A stretch of 62,260 bases of DNA, counting the filler, from Choristocarpus tenellus KU-1152 (Eukaryota > Protista > Phaeophyceae), in assembly GCA_964200185.2 (NCBI GenBank). It is 9 parts of 9 records of this genome, joined end to end, with 100 filler letters (N's around TTAATTAATTAA, not from the genome) between each part and the next. Parts side by side here need not be neighbours in the genome. Positions count along the whole stretch, not along the records: positions 10,588 to 17,230 come from CAXNAD020007682.1; positions 17,331 to 38,956 come from CAXNAD020000332.1; 7 more parts are not named here. One strand, given 5' to 3'. The notes under the pieces are model-generated. The model was not told where the DNA came from, searched no databases, and saw only the letters and a list, made by a program, of their open reading frames with translations. This document shows, piece by piece, positions 11,222-22,732 of the stretch. How positions within the stretch are numbered: the stretch's first letter is position 1; every line of letters begins with the position of its first letter. The translations under genes and the position numbers were made by a program.

Positions 11222-12493
11222 GAAATCGAGATGACAGAGTATAAACCGCTGCGAGATGCAACATCAAGAGTGTATTCTGCTGGAAACATCATCACCAACG
11301 AATATCATGTGAAGATATCCCTTGGTTGGTTCATCTCTTCGGTCTAGATCCATAGTATATGGTCTATTTTCACTTTCTTACTCACAACCCTACAAATGCA
11401 CATGATGTTCAGCACATTCTTGCACAGTGTATTTATCTTTTGCCATGATTTCATTGATGTATGTGGCCTCTCAGTAGGATAATAAGGCTGAGGGTCTGAT
11501 GTGTAAAAAAACTCCAATATCATTCGGATTGTTCGGTTTACACACTTACACACGAACTGCAACGTTTCCTAATAATAGATCGTCTTTGAATCCCTCCAAA
11601 TTGCATAGCGTGTAGTCTTTACTCTGGCGTAGGTGTATTTTGGGAAATATACACATCTGGATATTACGTTGTATGATTGAGCACAATATTATCACTTCAG
11701 TGACTTGATGCATAAGTGGCATTATATGTGTGAACTGAAATTTCACCGCCTGCTCCTTCCACTGCAGAGTACAGGTCACCAAATCCCTGGCAATAATCAA
11801 GAGCACCTAACTCCTCATTATTTCTCCCACTGCTGCCCTTCATCTTCAGGGATCGGAGGGTTTCTCATCAGGGAACGAGACTTTGGCATTGCTGGAAATT
11901 GGATTCCGTGAGAACAATCTCTCTTACCAGAAAATCGAGGAAGTGAATCCCCTGGACTTTGCGTCCATTTTTGGTTCTCTCGGGGGTTTTTGGCGTGAGT
12001 GCAGTATCCTACAAGTGATCAGTGTAGACCAACAGCCCGTGTGTTGACAATATATTGGCAATAGAGTTGCACTACCTCAATGATAGACCCAAGATGCAGG
12101 ATCTTTATTAGTCATACACCTTCTTAAATGCCGAAGGACTATTTCTGATCATTGTTTGTGCCAATGCTGTTACATGTCCACCCTCTTACGTACACCTTAT
12201 GACCAGAGTACATTCTGATTGCATGGGGCTTCTTCTTTGTTTTGAAGGAACCTGAGAACAAAATGAAGATTGCCCGAAGGCTCGGCAAACTTGAGGAGCA
12301 TTTGGTGTGGTTGAAGGGGGAAAAGGACCACGGGGAGGTTAAAATTATACCTCGACGAGATAAAAGCTTACCAAAAATCGTTCCCGGGAACGACGAAGGA
12401 TTGGTAAGAGCAAAAGTTGTTGTCGATGATATCTCTGCGAAGAAATTTTCTTCAACAATAATTGCTTTGAGGACATGCCATGAGAATAATTAA
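11222..12493 (+). CDS. 3' exons of a putative two-TM trimeric ion-channel-like membrane protein (PAC/TMEM206- or DEG/ENaC-like). Exons ~11222-11308 (3' boundary uncertain), 11850-11994, 12207-12493
   Basis: AG/GT-bounded exons join in frame (ttcag|GGATCG...TTTTGGC|gtgagt ... accag|AGTAC), giving EIEMTEYKPLRDATSRVYSAGNIITNEYH / GSEGFSSGNETLALLEIGFRENNLSYQKIEEVNPLDFASIFGSLGGFWQYILIAWGFFFVLKEPENKMKIARR...*. This is a hydrophobic TM helix followed by a basic cytosolic tail. The family assignment is by eye. Confidence 0.65.
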
Positions 12494-13547
12494 ATTCTAA
12501 GTAGATTAGTGCGGTTCTCCAGAGTATGTCCTCATTGACGTAATTCTCACGTTGTTTTTCAACCTGACAGTACAAAATTTGATCGGTATAAAATCGCACT
12601 CTTGAGTACTCCACACAGTACTACACAATAAAATCATACTACTTGCTGTATATGCATGTACTTCGGTTTGATATTCTACAACACTTCTACACATCCGAAT
12701 GGCCTACAACTCGGCCGTTCATTTCAAGGGTGTGGTTTGTGAGGTATACGAGAAACTGATGTGCAAGGTTTAGGAATTGGAAACACTGCTCCTTTTTTCG
12801 TTGCATGATACACTACAGAACACCATTAGCCTAATAACAGGTATAATATGTGCTCTTGATCCGCCTCTGTTTCCCCAACAGCTACAGTAGCATGAATAGA
12901 TTGTTGTCCTCGTCCAGTGCTGATAGAGAAACCCCAGCTGCTATGGGATGACAAAAGTAGGAACACTCCTTGTACTTCCACTCTACTAACATGTATCTCC
13001 TTTCTTCACTAACCCCCTTAGCTTATGCTGCATATGTCTGATTCAGGAGGATCGTCCTGTATCCCAGTGGGGCAAACCACTGTCATCACATAACGTTCAC
13101 TCCAACAGCATGGCTGAAGTTTGATGTGAGCATCGCAATGTTAAGCATCTGCGCTCTTTCGTTCTGCCAGTACTTTTCTTGGTACAGTGACGTGGTGTGG
13201 TGTAATTGTAGCGTCTTCCAGGTCAGATGTGATTGTCCTGCACAGATAGCATCGGTAGGTATATTGGTGTGCGGTGCACCATCCTTCTCTAGCTTCTCAA
13301 GGCAACCCATGTGAAAGAAGGAACATACAACGTTTTTTTTAGTATCTATGTGATTGTAGTTCATAGCTGTTTCAGCAGAAAATATCAAACTTGAAGTGCA
13401 TTTGACTGTCTTGGAATGTTGCCTTTTCCGGTTTCCCATCCAATTGCCTCAAAAGCCCCCTTTTCCCATCCAATCTGCTTTTTACGTTACATAATGCTCA
13501 GGTGGGAACAAGAAAACGGCCAACCCATGATTTTCTCCTGGCCCTTG

Positions 13548-13724
13548 GACCCAAAGTATCTGTTGGGGGGGGAGGTTCTACACCAGGGTGTCCATTTGGA
13601 CCAAAATCGGGAAAGTGCATTTACATTATCCATCCGACGTATGCAACCAAATCACCAAAAAATCGGGATATGAAAAATTGACCCCAAATGGACAGCCACC
13701 ACCCCATCCCAGATACTTTGAGCC
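13548..13724 (+). mobile_element. MITE family A, full copy (177 bp)
   Basis: TIRs GACCCAAAGTATCTG...CAGATACTTTGAGCC; homologous to 5327, 38718 and 44144. Confidence 0.85.
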
Positions 13725-15512
13725 ATGGTCGTGGGCACACAAGCCAACTCAAGTGAACCTCTTCCTCTGAATTCTACACTAGTGTAACAGAGGATTACCC
13801 ATATAGCTAGAGTTTTTTATTCTCTATAATATTATGTAGTAGTTGTAAACTATGCTAGTTTACGGAGCTACTCTAGCAAGTGTTGAGTCCTGCAGAACTC
13901 TCACTTTTGTTTGTGTGGTATGTTTTCCACTTCAGCACATTCAAGAGTCACTTCAGTCAGTGTTTTTTTTTTAATGTTAATTGATGAATGATCTATACAG
14001 TACTTCTCTGCTGTATGGCTTCAATCCAAGAAGAAATGCACAAGCATCTCGCAGGGGAAATTGTACAATGTAGAGCAAATATGTAGATGTTGACAAGGAA
14101 ATAGAGATGTGGGGAAAGAAATAGGGTTAAAGTAGTAGCAAACAACACAACATTGATGCGCATAGAAACGTGAGGCAAGTGTTGGTTTATGGGTTTCCCC
14201 TGGAGTGACTATCTCAATCATAGTGATCTCTGACAAGTGTAGCACTCTGGAGTTCATAGTATCAGAACACAGGTATTGACAACACAATGTTGAATACCCA
14301 ATTATGGTCTGCTGTAGATTACATTTTTGAAGTTATAACACCCCTTCAGTCATCCCAATTGTTGGTGGGAAACATTCATATACTAAGCATCCTCAGGCAG
14401 AACAGAGCAAATACTATCTTATCACTTGAACAAACCTTTCTCCTTTAGGACTACCACAGTATTACTGCTATCGGTGAATAATTCTAGACTGTAGAGAGTA
14501 TTCTAAGCCAACACAAACACAGACATAATATATAATTCATTAGTCTCTCTGTGATCTGTTTCTTCCTTTGTGCGCTGCTGTTGTTTAAGGTAAGCGAGCT
14601 CTTAGACAAGGCAAAAAGAGCAAGAGCATTGTGTATTTTTATCCACCATAGAGCCTGACCAAATAGAGAAATAGGCAGGTTTTGACCCTTTTTGTATTCT
14701 AAGTTATCTTTCTTACCCTGTGCAATACACTCTACTTGTTTGCCTTATGTGTGCAATAGTGTACGCAAAATCGATATCCCCCGTTCTACACACAAAAGTG
14801 ACCCCACACTTAAGCAGGACTCTTTCCGCTATTACACGAAATGTCATCCTTTTGCCCTTTTTCGGGATCCTTAAAATGCGACCGTCCCCACCTATCTATT
14901 GGTTTGGCTCATAGGCAATACCCTTCCCCTAGACCACTCTTTGGAAGCTTGTTAGCAATATGTCCAGTGGAACAATGTCAATCAGTGCATTATTCAGTAG
15001 AACAGCTTTGTTCTTTGAACCTTCTATCAACGTGTTTGAAACACCGAAAAAGAGTTCATTGTAGGTATTGATGGGATATGGTATAGGATGTATCGATCTT
15101 TGGGCTACAGATACGTGCCTACGTGAAGAATTGAAGGAATTATGTGAAAATAGGGTTGTCAAAATCGACGAAGGGGCAACGACACAGACAACATTGCTTA
15201 CTGCACGTGCTAGCCAGTGAATGAATTATTTTAGACTCGGGAGTACTTAGTGTGAGATTAACTGATCACTTGTTAATTGTTTCAAACACAGTAGAAGTTA
15301 CATTTCGAATATTGCATGATATTCTCAGAGTATGCTTCAAAAAGATAATGACTATCCATACCTCTATTCAAAAGTTGTTCCCTGGTAAAGTACGGACTAG
15401 CTTTTAATTTCATTCTCCTTGTACATATTGGACGTACAAAGTGCCCTATGATTGTTAATGAACTACTCAGGAATATGTGGACCACATGCACTATGTCCTT
15501 CGTATATATATA

Positions 15513-15693
15513 GGGTCAAAGTATCGGGGGGGTGGGGGGGTGGTTTGGGAGGGGGCGTCCGTTTCGGTCAAACTACTCTTTTTTTTGCTGACATTTCAAA
15601 TCCGACACGTGCGACCAAATCATACCAAAAAAGTGAAAATCGAAAAAGGGTGAAAAGCGGACTCTGACACCCCCCTCCCAGATACGTTGACCC
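15513..15693. mobile_element. MITE family B (181 bp), PIF/Harbinger-like
   Basis: TIRs GGGTCAAAGTATC...GATACGTTGACCC, flanked by ATA/ATA (3-bp TSD) within an (AT)n tract; internal sequence differs from family A. Confidence 0.8.
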
Positions 15694-17456
15694 ATATATA
15701 TTGAACTTTAATAGATAATTTGGTCCTCTCACTACCTGGTCCTACTACATACATTCTCTGGAGTTTGCCGAGTATGAGGAGATTTCTAAATTCAGATAAT
15801 AGACGCAACAAAAGCATTTGGTACAACACATTATTTGAATGGATGTGACATCGAGAACCATAAACTTGCCAACCCCTAATGTTGTCTGTTTCGTAGTCGA
15901 AGTTCAAAAATGAAACAAGAAATGGGTTGGTCACTAACGTCAGTGACCGTACTTGTAGTGGTCTAAAAAAATAAAAAGTTGTGACTGCTGGGAACAATGG
16001 TTTTGTCAATGAAACCACGTGAAAACTTTGATCCTGGTCCAAAAATCATCTTACGTCGACCTTATAGAGGCCTATCTATGACTTTCATCCATTCCAACAT
16101 ATCAACCATCGTGTCCAGGATCATGTTATCTGAACGACCATGTCCAATTTTGGGTAGGAGAAAATGCTACCTAATACTCCGTATATAGCCACAGGAGTAA
16201 TACCAAGAAATGAACGTGCTAGATGAATAATTTCTTGAACGGAAGGATCGTTTCTGTTGCCTCAGCTGGTTGTTGCTACAAAAATATCAGATCATACACA
16301 TCATCAATAACAAACTATTAATTATTATCTGAAGGGTTAAGATGGTACTGATATTCTCATTGGTCGGTAATGGGGACGTAGTATAATTGACCAATGAGAA
16401 GGCCAGTTCCACTTTAATCTTCCTAATTGGAATAGTTATGATCGCATGATGAATAGGTACTGGAACCTTTTCTCGTTTAGACTGGGTTTTGTTTGGAGAA
16501 AATACGAGAGATTCCACTGAAGTACATCGTCATATATACTCCCTCTGTCCCATAGGTCTGGGCCGTTAAGTTGTAGCTCTTCGGGATGACCTTCCATTAC
16601 AAGACGGACTTTTGCGTTGGAATATGTTACATAAAAAGCTAAGTTTCAAATAATTCTAAAAATATTTCTGTTCTGAAATGGTTCCGAAAGAATGGAACAT
16701 AGAATGGGGTATATTCTTATCATTCTTGAATGTTCCTGTTGGAGCGTGGAGGTGCACAACACTCTCACAACCCCCATGGTGAGCTGTTAAAACATAGGCT
16801 ACTCATCTGCTTGTTCCTTGATACTATACAGTTCCACCAGTCAACACTGACTGTTGATTGGTCTATTACGTTCTGGATGTTGCTTTCACTACTTCGTCAT
16901 CACCACATCAACTAACAATCAAAACACCTTAGTACAGAACAGTCGCTCTGCATTCCACACAAAAGTATAATATAGTGTACGTCACTTGAGTTGCATTTTT
17001 ACATATTGTTTCAATTTTGTTCTGTTGTTCTGCTGTTTGTTTTTTCTTTCACTCTTTCTTCTTATCAGCAGAAGATGACAGTTGTACATTTATGTTGGTT
17101 ATTATTTCTTTCGTGAGTGCCATTGATGCCTGAAATTGCACCAACGCCACTCTGCAAACTGTGTATCAAACACACACATGGATATAATATAATCAGAGTT
17201 AAAACCATCCGTGGAAGCCCTTGGCAGCCANNNNNNNNNNNNNNNNNNNNNNNNNNNNNNNNNNNNNNNNNNNNTTAATTAATTAANNNNNNNNNNNNNN
17301 NNNNNNNNNNNNNNNNNNNNNNNNNNNNNNAAACCACAGCGCCCCCAGCCCTTATCCCAAGGCCCCAGAGTCATGCCCCTCCCCCCCCCTCTAGTGTACA
17401 ACACTGAAGGGTTACTGCACACTCATCCATGTTCCATAGAGAACACTACAACTCAC

Positions 17457-20400
17457 CTTTGTAACACCCATCTCAACATCCCAGAATATGCATGTGCTAT
17501 CTCCAGATGATGTCAGGATGGACTCCTTTTTGTCATGATCATAATTGTAACCACGATGAGTTGTTGTCATGGCATCATCCACCCATCCAGCAATTCACCC
17601 AGCCATCCAACCGACCATCCAACACAACATAAATCATAGCACATACATTTAAAAATAAATTATATATGAGAGTTCCAGCGCAAACAGGCAGTATAACGAC
17701 AGGAAACATCAGACAACAACCAATGCAGATTCCAAGACAGGAGGGAGATACAGAGAAGAAACCATTTCTTGCTGATGGATAAGGACTCCACGCATGCACA
17801 GGAAATCACTCATGTTTCTATCATCTCATTAATACTGCATCATTTATTTTGTCAAGGGTTTAAGGAAAAAAAAGAACAATATTGATTTTTCATCCCCAAC
17901 ATCTCTGGAATGAACAGCTGCAGTTAATACATTGTAAGGGGTAAGGAATCGGGTGTAACGTTCACTAAGATTCCAGTCGAGGGAGACATGGCAGGCATGA
18001 CCGATACAGCAGTAAGGGTGAAGGGGTGAGGTCAACAGGACCAACACAGCAATTCTTCTCATTCCTTGCCCTCCCTTACCCATCCAGCTCTCGCTGCTTG
18101 ACTAAGCATGGATCAGTTCAACTCACAATACGAATAAGAGTTATTTCTGTACAGTGCTCAGAATTATACTTCTACAAGAGCCACTTACCCTCCAAAAAAA
18201 GTCTACAACAGTGCAGGTTTCACGACATGATCATCTACACAATAGGGGAAAAGGTCTAAAAAATAGAGCATTGTTCAAAGCTGACAAAAATCTTAAACGT
18301 GGTTTTGCCTCGCAAGGAAAGAAAAAACAAAACAAACACACACACACACGCAGTGCCTGCCTGCCACCTTCACTTGTCTACCCGTCCAAGGCACCAATGA
18401 ACTTTTAGCACCAAAAAAGCAGGCACAAATTCCTGTACCTGATCCACAAAGCGGCAACATGAAAGATACCCATCGTGCGCAGCTAATTCCCTGGTAGCAC
18501 GCATAACAGTGGACTGTCCAAGCTCATAGATGGAACACAGGTTATCCAGCCCACCACAGGCAACATATCTCCCCTGCCAGAGCACATCACTCAAGGTCAA
18601 TTAAACAAAAACGCGGCAAGGTTTCTACCCAAAAGACCAATAGCAATCCACATTTATTACAAAACAAATGTGTACATTGTTATGCCGCATATCACTAACA
18701 AAGGCAAAAAATAATAATACTGACAATAGGTAGCAACAATTCAACCTTCTGCTACTCCCCTCCCTCTGCCATCTCCCTCATTAATCTACCAGCTCCCCTA
18801 CCTCTGTCCCATTCACTATTCTATCCCCCTCACCTCCTCACCAGTTTCTTCTACACATCAATGAATCTCCACCCAGAGACACACACCATAGTAACACCCC
18901 CTCACCTGCACACTTGTTGACCTACCCAATGCACTATGGTTAAAGGCTTGAGGTTTCACATTGAAACAAAGTAAAAATTCTAGAGGTCAACATTATCAGT
19001 TCAGCAGCATGACACATAGTATCTCAATTGTGTAGGACCAGGTCAAACCCCCCCCAGCCCATTTTTTTTTTGATCACACAAACATCAGCGGAAATACCTC
19101 GATGCACACAATCACACACCCTGCCAATACTAAGATAATTGCTGCACAGTTGTGAGCTGGAACTGTCCTACTCATGGAGGAACACAACTTGTACAGCAGC
19201 ATGGACATATACATTATGACTTGCCTGTGTTGGTTCATATGCACAGGTCATTACCCAGGATGACCGCAATGGGATGGCTTGAACCTTGTTTGTTGTGTAC
19301 CCGTTCCAGATGATCAGCTTCCCATCCTGTACACATCCAGCACGCCAATCAAGAGGGGGGACACAAACACACAGAAGTACATCACTGGAAAATAAATGTT
19401 AATCAGCCGCTGCATGTTAACGCGATAGTCGGTATGATCCACACTATTTCCTTGTCAAGCAACCTTCAATACACATATTTATATTTGATATTATAGTTTC
19501 AAACTTTGAGATAAACATCAGAACAAGAATGTCAAAACAAGAAGTAACTCTCTACCACTAGAAATTATTGTTCTTCCCACAAGCAGAAGGTGAAACCTTA
19601 GTTATGGTACACAAAAAGTTCTGTTGATTTCATTAAAATAAAATGTTACTAAGCTTCTGGTTGTGTATTTGAAACCACGAGTTGCACAGACAACACAGTC
19701 AGACCTCAAATAGAAAAAAGAGAAAAAGGAGTCACAACACACTTGTGAGATCATAATTTTCCCTTTTTAACCAGCACTCCTCAGCTTGTAAAATATTCTA
19801 TTACTGGCCCATCAAAAGTCAAACACAAAACACAACCCAGCCAACATGTCAGCGTTCAGGTGGCAGATTCATGCTGTGCACGATCCCAAACCCACCAATT
19901 TCCAATAAACTCCAACAAGAAAGCCTTTTCACTAAACCACTGCCTTTCAGACACCATATTTTCCCTGTCAAGTTAACCCTGTCTTGTTCCTGTCCTTGAA
20001 AAGGCATCTGGGCTCTATCATATGAAGGCCTAACCTCAAACCCAGGGCAGTCCCTCTCCCTGATATATAGTCATATCAAATATATGTTCAACCAGAAAAA
20101 AAATATATTGATACACATTGATCATTTCATCTTTTTTCTGTATCTGATGTTTCACACATTGACACATTCAAATCTGACACAGTTTCAATACACATAAAAC
20201 ACTTCAGAGTACAAGTTGAAGGAAAATTAGGCACTGACACCTTGTTCTACCCTTAGATTCAAATTAAGATTCAGAATCATTTTCAAGAGACAGGGCTACT
20301 ACTCTTAAGCAAATCTTGTTGTTCCTATGAAATTTTTGCTGCAGAGGGGTCAATTGTTCATCCCCACCATGGATAGCTGTTGAAAGTGAATAAACCCTGA

Positions 20401-22732
20401 CATCAATGGCCCGTGCCCCTCGAAAGTGCTTTCAGAAAAGATAGTCAAGGGTAAAACATTAAATACAAGAACATAGAAGCACTATTTTCTACAGATGGAC
20501 ATGAAATGGACTGAACTCTGCTGTGAATGGAATAAAAAGAACTCAAATGGTTTCACTTTAAGATTATACCTATCAAAATACATTCAGAAGGAGGACTTTT
20601 TTCTCTTTTTGCACAGAATAACTTCTTACATATATGAAAACTTCACTCTCCTGGAGTAATTGGGTATACTCCAATTTTTCTGGAAAAACTGGCAAGGTAA
20701 ACCACAGTAGTGGATATGTTACAATGAAATCAAACAAGGGGAGTACAGGCAATAATCCAAAACTCAGGAAGAAAAGTTAACTGCACAGAGGTGTAGAGTA
20801 AGTGCAATCCCTAGAAGATGTCAGGAGTCTTTTTCAACACATGAACCACCCAAGAAAAACGAAGAGGTTTTCTGAATCAATATCAGCAAGTATCTTGGTT
20901 TGAAGGGGGTAGGAGGGGTCGGATATTCATTCTCCTTCAACACCAGTCTTGCCAAAAAAAAGCAGAAAATGAGAGTTTGAAAAAAATAAAAGATATCATT
21001 TTTCTGCATCCACAGATTACAAAGTGAATACATGCAGCAAACTCATGTCAACAAGGACCTTGTTCATAGGCAAAAGATGTTTTCATTTCACCTTTCCCTG
21101 AACAGTTGGCATAAAGATTGTGAGAAAAAGGTGAAAAAAATTCCACCAACAAAAAATGGCCTTGAAACAAAAATGAAACACGTGTACAGTAAAACCTTCC
21201 TAGAATTCTACACTTGCCAAGTTTAATTGTGGTCACAAATAGCATACGAAGGAATTTTTGAGCATATATATATGCAACAGCCTCTGCTTCCTACTAATTT
21301 GCAGTACAGAAATAAATTGCCAAAGGAAAAGAAAAATTATGAAGAGGTGGTAACCCATCCCCTCTTGCCCTGCAAGGTGGCACAGTTGATGCTTCTGTGA
21401 GGTGCGAATATAAGCACAGTGTGACCAAACCCCCACAAGGGTGGCATTGCAAGAAATAGAAATGAGACATGGTGTTACTCCTGATGTTCACAAATATGAG
21501 ACAGGGTGTCAGTTCTTTTTGCCAAATATGTAACAGGTGGGATGACAGTCCCCAAAGCAGCACATGAACCAAGAAACTCATCATTTTTCAAGTAGTCAAC
21601 AAAAAAAGTTTTTCTAACCTGTGCTTAACCCTTAAGGTAAAAAAAATCAAGCATGAAGAGTTCAACAGTGTGTATCATGCAGTCAGTCTTAAAATTACCA
21701 ATTAACCTCCATACTAGTTCCATTTTCATTCCCCCCTACTCTGTTCAAAATATATTAATGAAATCGCGCAATCACAGTCACACTGGAAAAGAGGATAGGT
21801 CATCGCGACATCAACACACCGTACTGGAAATAACAATGGTGAACGGATCAAACAGAGAAAAGGCTTCCAGTGTTATCTTTGAAGACACACACAAAATGCT
21901 ATTTATACATCTGTATCATGATATGTACTCGCATGGCAGGTGTACGGAGTATAGGAGGGAGGACATAAATGAGTGTGGGTGAGGGGTATTCGTTCACTTG
22001 TGCTGTCTGACCCTTGAAGTCCAAGGCTATCGAATCCCACTTTAAGGCCAATTTGCATGGCAAGAAATATCCTCTCATTTCCTCATAGAGAGTTTCTGAG
22101 TCGTACATGCGCAAACCCGTTCTAGCTCCAGCGGTGGTTCAACAACTACGTGGTTCATTGTAACGGAAAAATCAAAGACGCGATCTCAACAGAGAAAAAA
22201 TACCGTATTTCAGTCGGCACACAAGGATTTCACGGCAAAGGTCTTCCATCCAGAGTCGGGAGACAAGAATGCGATATGCCTTCACCTCGGAAACTTGCAT
22301 GCATGGACGGCCCTGGGACCGACCGACTGACCATCAAGCTCCTCATGGACAACTCTGTACTACGACAAACAACGATAATTCAACCAAACGATTATGACCA
22401 ACACAAAACAAGATGCTTTCCTTTTGACGACCCACTGGAATCAAGGAGGGAGGTGATACCGAGGGCTGGGGGGGAGAGGGAAAACGACGCACCTGAGATG
22501 CTGAAACCAGATTATTACTGTCCCCTGACCAGTGCATTGCGTACACCTTCCCAAAGTGTCCTTTCAGCACACGGCGAATCTTTGGTCCCGGGCCCAAGTT
22601 TTTGAGGTCCTTTCTACCCGCTGCATCGTTAATGGAGCAGTCCTTCTTATCTGTTTGCGCCTTCGCTATTTCTGACTTTAGGGCCTCTGCCTTCTTTCGC
22701 GCTGCTGCCAGTCGCTCTGTAATGTCCGCCAT
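17457..22732 (-). CDS. GNB: Heterotrimeric G-protein beta subunit (WD40), 5' part. Exons 22732-22493, 19326-19225, 18573-18439, 17525-17457; remaining exons not found (contig ends at 17331)
   Basis: Spliced translation: [19 protein letters not shown]...[28 protein letters not shown]|[34 protein letters not shown]|[45 protein letters not shown]|[23 protein letters not shown]. These are canonical Gβ motifs; all three introns are phase 0. Confidence 0.97.

Noticed and set aside
13047-13220. Exon-like segment RIVLYPSGANHCHHITFTPTAWLKFD
   Set aside because: Could not be linked to neighbouring exons or to any known family.
22150-22605. 151-aa plus-strand ORF
   Set aside because: Antisense to Gβ exon 1 and intron 1; no recognisable domain.
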